From the IMG/VR virus record IMGVR_UViG_3300031851_000001: DNA of 64,000 bases. One strand, given 5' to 3'. The translations under genes and the position numbers were made by a program. This DNA is from a virus (Duplodnaviria; Caudoviricetes). This document shows positions 31,501-41,163 of this stretch, piece by piece. Position 1 is the stretch's first letter; every line of letters starts with the position of its first letter. The notes below the pieces were generated by a model. The model was not told the origin of the DNA. It searched no databases and saw nothing but the letters and a program-made list of their open reading frames with translations.

Positions 31501-34500
31501 TCAGCACCTACAGTATTCGTAGGAATTTCAACAAGATCAGGCATATTGATTAAGGAGTCATCAGCAATTAAATCGCCAACGATTTTCCATAGTGATGTAA
31601 TGTGCTGTGCAATTGGAACAGTAACCACACCAAACGATGTATTTTGAGTAACGGTATTACCAGCTGATCTTGATACTGTTTGTTTCAGAACGATTTGACT
31701 TGCTACTGAACTTAAGTGAGTATATAATGCAGCGGTCGGTGCCCTTTGAGCAGTACTTAAAGTGGATAGACCATTTTCAAAATATAGTTTAGCAACATCA
31801 AGCATTGCTGTATTTGACTCGTGTTGTGTATCGTATGATACCGCGTCAACCATAATACCTGTGTCGCGTTTACATTTATTTACATCATATGATAATCCGC
31901 CATAGTTTGTATTAACCCAAGCTGTTGCTTCTTCTTTTAAGAATTCTCTGTTAAGTTGAAGCGCTTGACGAGCAAACACGTGGTTATCAGAAATTTGACC
32001 ATCACCGTAGTTATAGTTTGTACCATCTGGTGTGTAATCATTAATCATAGATGTAATAATGTTATTGAAGGAATCCTGAGCTCTAGTAAGTGCTACACCG
32101 GAAAGCTGTGCCTCGATGTCTTTTTGTACATATCTGATTCCTTCAATTGTTTCGGCAAGTTGGTCCTCAATAACCTTATCAGCACCTACAGTACCAATAC
32201 GATATGATTTACCGATATACTTACCATTGTATGTTGAACCTGTTTGAACATCTCTTCTAACCGCATCAATAATAAAGCCTGCATCTCTTGCGCATTTCGC
32301 TTCATCAAATGTGTAGTTATTATCTCGTACGAATTGAATAATCTCTTCTTGGATAAACGTTCTGTTCCATTGTAGAGATTTACGTGCGAATGTTCTAGCA
32401 GGATCCATTTTTGGTTTAGTTAGTAAGTTCTCTGTAGGCAATGCCTTAGGAGTTTTCTGACTAATATCTAATGAACCTCTGTAATCTGGAATTACTAATC
32501 TGTCATCAACAATATTCGCTATAACCATTGCTAGGTCAGATGCGATTGTTCCTGTTGCAGTATCAGCAGCTTGAAGTGATACATCTTGGTATAGGATGTT
32601 ACCATCAATTTCTGAAATCGCGTCAGTTAAAGCAGATACGAATGTATGAGCTCCGGTATATGCTCCAGCATTTCCAACCCACATAGTAATCGTTGTTGCA
32701 TCAGCACCAATAATTGGGCATGCTCTGTTATAGAAGCGATGATGTGCTTCAGGGCTTGCATGGTTAGTTGGTCCTGATCCTGTATCACAAGAGAACGTAA
32801 TTGCACTTGGTTTGAACCAAACGTAATCGTCTGTTGTTAATGAGTGAGTACCAATGGTAGCAACCATAATACCTGTAACAGGATCGTATGTTGCGCCAGT
32901 TGGAGTAAATCTTGCTCCAAAGATTGGTTCTTGAACTTCGTTCTTAACAACTTTTTCCATTACACTCGCTAGGTGAGTAAATGCTAGTCTTGTTGGTTCT
33001 CTCTGATATTGTGGTAATACGTTAATAGCACCTTCAAAGTAGTATCTTGCATTGAATATTGTAGCAGAGTCTCCGCCATATTCTAAGTCTTCTGAGATCG
33101 CGTCAACAATGTAACCTGTATCTCTTGGACATTTCTCTAGGCTGTACGCTAGGCCGTTATATTGTTCTGAAATATACTCGTTGATTTCAGTTTGGTATTT
33201 AACAGCTTGACCTTTGATTGCTTCAAACTCTGCACCTAATGTATAGTTTGCAGTGAAAGTATCAAACGCTGGTTCTACGATAGCAGGAATTGTGCCATCA
33301 TTTTCTCTGATAACACCACCAACATCTGCGAATAATTTTTCAGCATGTTGAGCAACTGCAGGTTTAATAGATCTTCTAACACCGTCAGCTAATGCGCTTA
33401 CGAATGAATGTACCTTATCAACTCTAGCTTCACCAACTTGTAATGTAATAGTTGTTGGAGTAACTGAGTCAATTCTAACTGGTTTGTTGTAGATTGGATC
33501 AGTTGGTCTAGGATGCGATATGTTAATTGGTGTGGCATCAGTTGGTGATGTTGGGCAAGATAGTGTAATCGCGTTCTCTGCAAAGATTACATAATCCTTT
33601 TCAGTAAACGAGTGAGTACCCAATGTCATTGTCATAACGCCAGTATTATGATCGTATGCAACGTCTGTTGGTGTATAAGCCTCTGCCATATTTGCTACAT
33701 TCACTGCATCAGCAGTAACCGATACAAATGTATGTACAGTTTGTGGCTCATGTTTGATTGCATTAGCGGTTGCACTTACGAATGTATGTACTGAACCACT
33801 TGCGCTTCCTGCATCACCTACGTTAAATGTCATTGTACCAGTTTGGCGTCTGATTGAATTAGCAGTTGCTGATACGAATATATGAGCACCATTATATGGA
33901 GATGGTCCAACATTTAATTTGAATGTATCAGTTGTAACATCTGAAATTTCTAACCAACGATTAGATGCAAAATCAGTTGCCCTTGGATAACCTTTTTCAA
34001 CCGTGTTACCATCAAGTACGCATGTATATGTTAACCCGTAATCAGCAATCATTACATAATCGCCATTACTAAATCCGTGATTAGCAACTGTGATTGTTGT
34101 ATCTCCACTTGCTGGGCTATGAACCGCGTTTGTTGGCGTATGTTGTGTTTCACCTACTGCAGTAATTGATAATGATTTGCCAGTTAATGGATCTCCAACT
34201 CTTGGATATGTATGCTGAGTTGCGTTACCATCTTGATCGCATGTGAATGTAAACGAGTTATTTTCTAGAACAACACCGTTTCCAACTCTTAATCCATGTT
34301 GACCAACATTAACTATCATTACACCAGTTGCCGCATCATAGTTAGCAGATGTTGGTGTAAAGTATTTGTTAGGGCCAGAGGCTGCAGCGTCTAGTGTAAC
34401 TGTGTTTGCACTTACATCTTTAACCAAATATGTTTTTAATGCGTATGGATCAAGTCCTGCACGAGGATATGTTTTAGCAGCATCATCACCGTCCATTGCA

Positions 34501-37500
34501 CAAGTGAATGTGAATGAATTTGGTTCCAATGTAACTCTATCATTAAGTGCAATGCTGTGTCCCGGCATAGTCATTACGAAATCGCCATTAGCAGGATCGT
34601 AAGATGCAGTTGTTGGTGTGTATGTTGTTGTTTCAACAATAGTTTGAGTTACCGCAACTTGTAGTGGAGTAACAACTTCGTTTCTAACAATTTGACCAAC
34701 TAAATCTGATGCGAAGAAGAATGCTTCCGATGTTGGAACAATTTCTTCATCATCTAATACTGGAATTGCATTTTCAAAATATAGTTTAGAGTTTGTTGCG
34801 CTTAACGCGTTTGAACCGTTTTGTACATCCCAAGCGATGAGGTCAACAAAGATACCCATATCTCTTTCGCATGCAACAGTGTTATATACAAAGTTTGGAT
34901 AGTTGGCTGTAATCCACGCAATGATTTCTTTTTGGATAAACGCTTTGTTAGTAAATATTGCTTTACCTGCTTGACGATGTTCTGGTGATATTGTTAAGTC
35001 ACCGTATATTGGTGCATCAGCGCCAGCAATACCGTTTGACATAATATCAATAACAGTATCAAAGGCAGCATTGGATCTTGTGATCGCTGTTGCATCAGTT
35101 AATACGTCAGTTGCGATTTTACCTTTGAGCCAAGTGATAGCACCAACAGTTTGAGTTAACTGTTCGTTAATTACCGCATTAGCACCTACAGTACCAATTG
35201 TGTAACCTTTACCTACATAGTAAGCGTTAACAGTTGAGTCAGTTAGAATATCTCTAGCAACCGCATCTAAAATTAAACCTGTATCTCTAGAACATTTAGC
35301 GTTGTCATAGACGAAGTAGTTATTTTCCATCCATAGTTTAACTTCGTTCTGAAGATATGATTTGTTTTTCTGTAGAATACGAGAAGCGTATGTACCTTGT
35401 TCTTTTGCACCAACCTGTACAACCGCACCTTCATCAGCACTTACGAATGTATGTGGATCAGTGTTAGTTCCTGCATTTCCGCAGTTTACTGTGATTGTGT
35501 TTGTTGTCACTGCACTAATTTCTAATGGTAATTGATAAGCCTTATCACCAATACGTGGTGAGTAATCAGTACCACCGCCATTATGAGCACAGCTGAATGC
35601 AAAGCTTAATGGTTGTAATTCAATATGATCGCCGAGACCCATACCGTGGTCAGTAATAGTAATAACCATCTCGCCACTTACTGGGTCGTATGTAGCTGTT
35701 TCTGGTGTAAAGGCTTTAATAACTCTAGCAGAGTCTGAGAAGAATAATGCGTTTGAGTCGATTGAGTCTGGGGTTGCCGATACGAATGTATGGTTGTTTG
35801 CATGCCCACCAGCATTACCAACATTAACAGTAATTGTGTCTGATGTTGTTCCAGTAACTCTTACCGGTTCTTTATATGCAGGGTGGTCATTTAGTGGTGA
35901 AAGGTCTGTACCTGTTATACCACCAACATCACAACTAAATACCATTGACTCAGGTGCGATTTGGATCCATTTACCAACCGGTAAATCGTGTTTCCCAATA
36001 GTAATTTCTAACTCACCAGTTACTGGGCTATATGTAGCTGTCTGAGGAGTAAATTTACCAGTCCACATTCCTGCTTCACGTATTGCATTAGTAGTTGCTG
36101 ATACGAAAGTATGTGCCGATGTATCACTTGACTCACCAACATTAACAGTAATTGTTGTTGAAGTTCTTGCAGAGATTGTAACTGGCTTTTTATATGCAGG
36201 GTGCATTTTTTCAGCTTGGATACAATTATCAGATGCACTTACGAATGTATGAGCACCGCCGCCATCAACAATTCCACCTACATTCATATAGATTTTTGTT
36301 GCGTCAACTTTTTCAATAGTGATTTGTTTCTTATAGAAAGGGTGATGTGATTCTGGCGCAGGGTGGTTTGTTACATCACCATCAAGTGCGCAAGTAAAGA
36401 TAATTGAACTTGGTTTAAATTCAACCTTATCACCAACCTTCAGCGTATGTGCACCAATAGTTGCGCTAAACTCACCAGTTGCCACATCGTATGAAGCGTC
36501 TGTTGGAGTAAAGTTTAAGAATTGAGTAGCAGGATAAGCATGCTTTGTTGCATTGCCATCAAGTGCACATGTAAATACTAAACTATGTGGTTCAATATAA
36601 ATTTCATCGCCAATGTTAAAGTCATTAGAACCAATCGTCATAACAACTGAACCTGTTGCAGGGTCATATACAGCGTTAGTTGGTGTATATTTTTTACCGT
36701 TGTTATTTAGTAATCTTGACATTTCATCAAAAGAAGCATTTGATCTATCAATAGCAATTGAGTTATCACCAATAAATGTGGCAGCCCTTGCTTTTAAATA
36801 ATCAATAGAACCAACAGTTTGTTCTAACTGTTCAGTAACACTTACCTCACCAGATTTAGTACGGTAAGCAGCGCCAGTTTGAATTGCATTATAGTTTGTA
36901 CCAAGGATTAAGTCACGTTGTACTGCAGGTAAAATATATTCTTCAGTATCTCTGTGGCATTTTTTGCTATCGTAGAAATACCATTCGTTATCTGCCCATT
37001 CCATCATGTAGTCTTGGATATATTCTTTATTTGCTTGTAGCATTTTACGTGCGTTACGTTTATCTACAGATATACCAGAGTTATCAGAATATGTCAATAG
37101 TTGTCCGATAACTGATACTGCATTATCTTTAGCTTCAACAAATCTATGTTCGAAGTTAGCAGCCGTCAGTCCTGGGTTAACCGTGATAGTCTTAGCTGAC
37201 ACAGCAACGATTGGAAGCGCAGCCAAGTAAGCTTTTTCTGATTTGCGTGGATGGCTAATTTTTGTTTTAAAGTTATCACTTGAACATGTGAATGTAAATG
37301 ATTCTTCAGCAAGGTTAACATATCGGCCAACAGTTAAATCGTGTGTACCGATAGTGATAACCATCATACCAGTTGTTGGGTCGTACGTAGCCTTAGTTGG
37401 TGTATATTTGTCGCCTGAGTTTGCAATCGTATCAATAACGTTATTAAATGCAGAGTAAGCCGATGTAGCTGCTGGTGCAGAGTTGGCTTGAATTAATTCG

Positions 37501-40500
37501 TCAGTTGTTTTGCGTAATCTCTTAAACGAAGCGATTGTTTCGTTGCGTTGGTTTTCAAGGCTTGTTCTTGCAGTGTTAACATAATATGCTAATCCAGCGT
37601 TTTCAGAATTATAATTTGTATCTAACAACATGTCGTATTTAACGGCAGGTAAGATATATTCCTGAACATCGCGCTCACACTTAACACTATCGTAAGCATA
37701 GAACTCGTCGTTATTGTCGATCCAATCAACAAAATCATTAATGATTAAATCTCTGTTAGATTGAACAAGTTCTCTAGCAGCCGTTTGGTCAGACTTACCA
37801 GTATCTGAGAAGATAATTGGTTCAGCCGCAGCCTCGCCATTTTGTAAAATGTTAAGAGTTTCATCAAGTGATGTGTTAATTCTGTTCGTTAACTCAGAAG
37901 ATGCGTTTGCAAAAATACCACCTGCTGAGCTGGCGATAGAGTCTTTAAGATGGTTAATAGAACCAACAGTTTCAGTTAATTGCTCATCAACTACAAGATA
38001 TGAAATTGGTGAACGGTATGAAATACCATTTAACCGACCCCAGTAGTTACCTTTTGTAGCAATATCGTAACCAGTGTTATCAACGATAATTCCTGTATCA
38101 CGGAAACATTTATCAGCATTATAACCTTGATAACCCAAACCACCAGACGCAGTGTTTGATGTCAAGTAGTAAACCATATCATCAACAATTTCGTCTGCCT
38201 TTTCTGTCAATACGTCTGCGAATGCAGAGTTAGCAATCAAGTTACTTTGATTTGCCTCGGCTGGTCGAATAATAACAGTTGAACCACGAGCACGCATTGA
38301 AATGTCACCGAACTGAGAACCTGAGTTGTTCAAAGTCATTTGACCACCATCTAAGGCGAAGAACGCTTGGCGTGTAAAGATTGATAATGAACCAATACCG
38401 TTAACACCAGCACCGTTTTTAGCAACGTATCCTGTACCATTTTGAGTACGAGGTGTAAAACCAAAACATAATACGTATGTATATAGTGAGTCGGTATCAA
38501 GTTGTGCTCTGTCTGCTAATAGACAACCGCCGCCTCGACCAACTAATCTGTTAGGGAAATCATCAATACCAATTGACTCGATAGTACCTGAACCACCACG
38601 TTGTGCGTATAGAACATCTCCAACTTCAACGTTGCCTTTTAGGTTACGAACATAAATTTGTCTGTTTGCATCAATATCATCGATGTATGATACATAACCT
38701 GTTGCACCGCTTGAGAATGTTACCTCATCGTCAACTTCGAATTGAGATTGCGCAGAGTGACCTGCTACTAAATAGAATTCTTGACCTAAATCAAGGATGG
38801 TACCTTTAGAGTTAAATGGATTTAACGGAGGTTCAACATCAAGTCTATTAAAGTTTGAAAGCTGAGTAGAGTCACGAAGATATGGTGAACGTCTTAGTAG
38901 AGCACCCGGTCTGTAAGCGATAGCAAAACCACCTTCAGGTTGGTCAAAGTTATCAACTTCAAAGTTCATATATGAGAAACCTTGTACATAACAACCAGAT
39001 CCAACAAGAACACCATTTGTTCTTTCGTATCCTTTTTTCTTTTGAATAACAGTAGCATACTGACCAGCGGTTGATGTCATGGAACAATCATCAGGTAGCA
39101 TAATTGGTTCATCAACATAGTAAGTACCGGGACCTACTGAAATGTGAACAGCATCATTAATTGCGTTACGGTTATATGATCCACCAGCTTTTTCTAAAGC
39201 GATTTGTTCAGCACGCTTTAGCGTACGAACTGGCTGTAAAATAGTTCCTGGGTATTTGTCGTCACCATCTGAAGCAACATGTACTTTAAGTGATTTTTCT
39301 GTTTTCTTAGAAAATTCTTGATACAACTGACGATAAGTCATTTTCTCTGTATCGCCAGTCTTGACGTTTTTCAGAGCAAAGTAACTATCTTCATCAAGCA
39401 TTGGCTCAAATTGTTTAGTAATGTTCATATCAAAGTCGACAAAAGTACTTTCTTCGATTGTCGAATTAGATACCACACCGTCTTTAAATTCTGAGTTTTC
39501 AATAACAGATTTTTGTTGGCCAAGTCCTTCAGTAGATGAACTTGTGATAGTCATATTCTGAGCAGTTACATTATCCAAAGTACCTTGGAATGACGAGTCA
39601 GTAATAACGTTATTAGCAAGTGTACCATCTTGGATTGTAGTATTAGTAAATACGTTATTATTACCAGTACCATCAGAGAAATCTGAGTTTGTAATGCTAG
39701 TATTATTAGCAGTGCTATCGTTAAGTTGTGAATTCGTAATAACGATATTGTTCGCTGTTGAGTCAATGATAGATGAGTTACTTGTTACAGTATCCCAAAT
39801 CAGACCATTAGCAAATCTTGAGTTTGTAATTGTTACGTTATCTAAATCAGTATCACGGATATCGGAATTAGAAATATCTGTATCAACGATAGTAACATTT
39901 GATACTGCAGTGTCTCTAATTGTACCATTGCTAAAGTCAGTAGTAATAATTACTGAGTTTGACATTAATGCATCTTCGAGAACAATTTCGTCAATCGTAA
40001 TATTAGTAAGGATTAAGCCATTCGCTGTACCTTGTTCAATAGCAACGTTCGCAAAGGATGAGTTATCAACTTGCGAATTAGTAAAGATATTATTATTGCC
40101 GGTTCCATTAGAAAAATCGGATTGGTCAATCGCCATGTTATTGGCAGAACTATTAAGGATTGTTGAGTCGTCAATAGTTGAATTAGTTAAAACAACATTG
40201 TTACCAGTACCATCATTAAACTCAGAATCAGTAATTACTGAATTCGTAATAACAAAGTTATTAGCATCAGAGTCTCTTAGATCTAATTCAGTACCAAAGC
40301 TTCCAAGTAAGGAACCGCCAGAGAATACAGAGTCGTTTATTTCAACATCATTGAGAGTTGAAACCGACATAATGACGTTTGAAATAGTTCCGCCAGTAAT
40401 TTTAATATTGTTGAAAATCTCGAATTGTAACGCTTGAACCAGTTCTTTACGTGTGATGTTCTTTGTACCATCATCACCTTGGATCAAGTTAACAATAACG

Positions 40501-40562
40501 AAAAGATCCTCAGATCTTGTATTGGCGCCTGTTATCGGACCGAGTTCTGAAATCAATGACAT
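28509..40562 (-). CDS. Giant virion structural protein (4017 aa): N-terminal beta-helix-like repeats, pectate-lyase-like region, CxRD helical repeats and TPT.A.YDP beta repeats
   Basis: Uninterrupted 12-kb ORF downstream of a late promoter. N-terminal 5-residue N/S..I..S periodicity; HVASDGDD...PVRTLKRA followed by V..GPGTY; two repeat families. Confidence 0.85.
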   Translation of the reverse strand: MSLISELGPITGANTRSEDLFVIVNLIQGDDGTKNITRKELVQALQFEIFNNIKITGGTISNVIMSVSTLNDVEINDSVFSGGSLLGSFGTELDLRDSDANNFVITNSVITDSEFNDGTGNNVVLTNSTIDDSTILNSSANNMAIDQSDFSNGTGNNNIFTNSQVDNSSFANVAIEQGTANGLILTNITIDEIVLEDALMSNSVIITTDFSNGTIRDTAVSNVTIVDTDISNSDIRDTDLDNVTITNSRFANGLIWDTVTSNSSIIDSTANNIVITNSQLNDSTANNTSITNSDFSDGTGNNNVFTNTTIQDGTLANNVITDSSFQGTLDNVTAQNMTITSSSTEGLGQQKSVIENSEFKDGVVSNSTIEESTFVDFDMNITKQFEPMLDEDSYFALKNVKTGDTEKMTYRQLYQEFSKKTEKSLKVHVASDGDDKYPGTILQPVRTLKRAEQIALEKAGGSYNRNAINDAVHISVGPGTYYVDEPIMLPDDCSMTSTAGQYATVIQKKKGYERTNGVLVGSGCYVQGFSYMNFEVDNFDQPEGGFAIAYRPGALLRRSPYLRDSTQLSNFNRLDVEPPLNPFNSKGTILDLGQEFYLVAGHSAQSQFEVDDEVTFSSGATGYVSYIDDIDANRQIYVRNLKGNVEVGDVLYAQRGGSGTIESIGIDDFPNRLVGRGGGCLLADRAQLDTDSLYTYVLCFGFTPRTQNGTGYVAKNGAGVNGIGSLSIFTRQAFFALDGGQMTLNNSGSQFGDISMRARGSTVIIRPAEANQSNLIANSAFADVLTEKADEIVDDMVYYLTSNTASGGLGYQGYNADKCFRDTGIIVDNTGYDIATKGNYWGRLNGISYRSPISYLVVDEQLTETVGSINHLKDSIASSAGGIFANASSELTNRINTSLDETLNILQNGEAAAEPIIFSDTGKSDQTAARELVQSNRDLIINDFVDWIDNNDEFYAYDSVKCERDVQEYILPAVKYDMLLDTNYNSENAGLAYYVNTARTSLENQRNETIASFKRLRKTTDELIQANSAPAATSAYSAFNNVIDTIANSGDKYTPTKATYDPTTGMMVITIGTHDLTVGRYVNLAEESFTFTCSSDNFKTKISHPRKSEKAYLAALPIVAVSAKTITVNPGLTAANFEHRFVEAKDNAVSVIGQLLTYSDNSGISVDKRNARKMLQANKEYIQDYMMEWADNEWYFYDSKKCHRDTEEYILPAVQRDLILGTNYNAIQTGAAYRTKSGEVSVTEQLEQTVGSIDYLKARAATFIGDNSIAIDRSNASFDEMSRLLNNNGKKYTPTNAVYDPATGSVVMTIGSNDFNIGDEIYIEPHSLVFTCALDGNATKHAYPATQFLNFTPTDASYDVATGEFSATIGAHTLKVGDKVEFKPSSIIFTCALDGDVTNHPAPESHHPFYKKQITIEKVDATKIYMNVGGIVDGGGAHTFVSASDNCIQAEKMHPAYKKPVTISARTSTTITVNVGESSDTSAHTFVSATTNAIREAGMWTGKFTPQTATYSPVTGELEITIGKHDLPVGKWIQIAPESMVFSCDVGGITGTDLSPLNDHPAYKEPVRVTGTTSDTITVNVGNAGGHANNHTFVSATPDSIDSNALFFSDSARVIKAFTPETATYDPVSGEMVITITDHGMGLGDHIELQPLSFAFSCAHNGGGTDYSPRIGDKAYQLPLEISAVTTNTITVNCGNAGTNTDPHTFVSADEGAVVQVGAKEQGTYASRILQKNKSYLQNEVKLWMENNYFVYDNAKCSRDTGLILDAVARDILTDSTVNAYYVGKGYTIGTVGANAVINEQLTQTVGAITWLKGKIATDVLTDATAITRSNAAFDTVIDIMSNGIAGADAPIYGDLTISPEHRQAGKAIFTNKAFIQKEIIAWITANYPNFVYNTVACERDMGIFVDLIAWDVQNGSNALSATNSKLYFENAIPVLDDEEIVPTSEAFFFASDLVGQIVRNEVVTPLQVAVTQTIVETTTYTPTTASYDPANGDFVMTMPGHSIALNDRVTLEPNSFTFTCAMDGDDAAKTYPRAGLDPYALKTYLVKDVSANTVTLDAAASGPNKYFTPTSANYDAATGVMIVNVGQHGLRVGNGVVLENNSFTFTCDQDGNATQHTYPRVGDPLTGKSLSITAVGETQHTPTNAVHSPASGDTTITVANHGFSNGDYVMIADYGLTYTCVLDGNTVEKGYPRATDFASNRWLEISDVTTDTFKLNVGPSPYNGAHIFVSATANSIRRQTGTMTFNVGDAGSASGSVHTFVSATANAIKHEPQTVHTFVSVTADAVNVANMAEAYTPTDVAYDHNTGVMTMTLGTHSFTEKDYVIFAENAITLSCPTSPTDATPINISHPRPTDPIYNKPVRIDSVTPTTITLQVGEARVDKVHSFVSALADGVRRSIKPAVAQHAEKLFADVGGVIRENDGTIPAIVEPAFDTFTANYTLGAEFEAIKGQAVKYQTEINEYISEQYNGLAYSLEKCPRDTGYIVDAISEDLEYGGDSATIFNARYYFEGAINVLPQYQREPTRLAFTHLASVMEKVVKNEVQEPIFGARFTPTGATYDPVTGIMVATIGTHSLTTDDYVWFKPSAITFSCDTGSGPTNHASPEAHHRFYNRACPIIGADATTITMWVGNAGAYTGAHTFVSALTDAISEIDGNILYQDVSLQAADTATGTIASDLAMVIANIVDDRLVIPDYRGSLDISQKTPKALPTENLLTKPKMDPARTFARKSLQWNRTFIQEEIIQFVRDNNYTFDEAKCARDAGFIIDAVRRDVQTGSTYNGKYIGKSYRIGTVGADKVIEDQLAETIEGIRYVQKDIEAQLSGVALTRAQDSFNNIITSMINDYTPDGTNYNYGDGQISDNHVFARQALQLNREFLKEEATAWVNTNYGGLSYDVNKCKRDTGIMVDAVSYDTQHESNTAMLDVAKLYFENGLSTLSTAQRAPTAALYTHLSSVASQIVLKQTVSRSAGNTVTQNTSFGVVTVPIAQHITSLWKIVGDLIADDSLINMPDLVEIPTNTVGAENYLYDPSATIIAGRKDNLQDTITQYLRNNFGYLEYDEDRCRRDTGYIVDAISHDIQYGGNSAMHGTAELYFKNAVNILPIDQRQSTREAFEYLGKVVRWVTRNETVPRKEGRKFTPTTATYDPDTGIFTATMANHNLKIGDYVMIAPNSIVFTCALDGDVHNHPAPEAHHPYYNAPMKITARTGTTITMNVGKVPYGKGGGAHTFVSATMNAITHLTGNTVRQEFKHRAARRTIADEAMNLATMLAKVADDNSPANIPSRIDPDTSWIETGLMTAKNVIDDNSIQMAKDLQIHIGNAYNGISYSKEKCRRDVGVMIDAVSHDVNYTTNYAMIMTAGLYFEGAHSILPADQRQQTAEFFTEMAGVVKSVVQGQTAYQRGFTSTGATYDPDTGYFTATIDADHGLEIGDYVSFEPESFTFSCDVGSGPVNHAVPESHHPYYDVPCPILYVEGNVITMWVGPAATYSGAHTFVSATEGGLKKAVRTWTTQDTTSITPATAVEGEEVADLVRIVEDAIRRDNIDGLPDIVEPDTSWVNATKIEASKIIDDNLDELADDVTKFLKDTFTIIDYSKAKCRRDAGYIVDAMSWDLNYGGNLATRWNADFYYWNNELRIPEDTRVATAKAYRQLGKIVSQVVIGKHPNQAVRSELGTTTQEAQAIELGDILHNVMFYDSPQSLGPKIEPNFAWEESKEFSFAKDILSNNRTKLQREVQRHITSTYKFIDLPKTYRDGGNFLKVLQNDFKGRVIDPVVGTVGSDKGSRSFVGALFNIDAQHVFPVFNPPEAYADWRRLRFKGTVDNVPALAALNSISKKWDARIVSTTPSANRYVGNIYVYNGAGVWNIISEGANNTDLLDSFTGAWSRMKTYINNNIAPDADHRTMVTELIDNLIIDSVIRPNFLTFGSLVESIAHQFNGASAGVNRNALPLNFRNVGAAIGANASVLSEGGGRIRWSGSDELNNQYFARGLKINGRTGRIEGRPFTSSVRKLARRASNSRASL
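29740..38115 (-). repeat. 11 copies of Y...KCxRDxG(Y/I/L)(I/L/M)(V/I)DA...D...G motif
   Basis: KCFRD, KCERD, KCHRD, KCSRD, ACERD, KCPRD, KCARD, KCKRD, RCRRD, KCRRD and KCRRD, counted in the translation. Confidence 0.9.
30080..37410 (-). repeat. ~12 copies of a ~100-aa beta module (TPT.A.YDP.TG...TIG.H....GD....F(T/S)C..D....H..P...TIT.NVG....HTFVSA)
   Basis: Counted in the translation. Some copies are truncated or nested. Confidence 0.88.
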
Positions 40563-40597
40563 TATTGAGTACCTTCTTAGTATCTACTATTTCTTTT

Positions 40598-40605
40598 TAT
40601 TTATA
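40598..40605 (-). promoter_or_regulatory. T4-type late promoter TATAAATA
   Basis: Exact intergenic match upstream of the 4017-aa gene. Confidence 0.8.
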
Positions 40606-40644
40606 AAAAAATTAGCAGGATTATACGTGTCTAAATCTATTTAT

Positions 40645-41163
40645 TTACTCTGTTTTCCAGAGCACAAAATTATCTATAGCATCCCTATCAACATATTTTC
40701 TTTCGCGTAAAATATTAGACTGATAATCGTTTACTTCTTGTTCGTTATTTAATACGGTACCGTCAGCACCTTTGGCGAACCACCATTTATTACCATCATA
40801 CTGAACAGTTTGAAATACTTCAAGTTCAGCCTTTGTTCCTTCAACTAATGAATTACCATTTTTAGTTAATCTATATACATCTGTTGGGTCAAAGTCAGCA
40901 TTTCTTTCTAGGATATCTGGGTTCCTATAAACCATATGAAGAGTTTTAAGAGTATTCCTGCGGTTCATTCCAGCATCATACGGGTCTCCAAACTCAGTAC
41001 ATAATTCTTTTATTCTGTTATCAAATTCTTCATCATTTCTAACATACGAACATCCGGCTTCGTATCCTTCGATATTATTTGCAACTACATATCTTTCGTA
41101 ATATGCTCGACCAACATCACACCATCCCATATCGGCATCGTTCATCATTCTTTTAATATCCAT
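40645..41163 (-). CDS. Hypothetical protein (172 aa)
   Basis: Coupled to the upstream Gly-rich gene by a 1-nt overlap. No motif recognised. Confidence 0.65.
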   Translation of the reverse strand: MDIKRMMNDADMGWCDVGRAYYERYVVANNIEGYEAGCSYVRNDEEFDNRIKELCTEFGDPYDAGMNRRNTLKTLHMVYRNPDILERNADFDPTDVYRLTKNGNSLVEGTKAELEVFQTVQYDGNKWWFAKGADGTVLNNEQEVNDYQSNILRERKYVDRDAIDNFVLWKTE

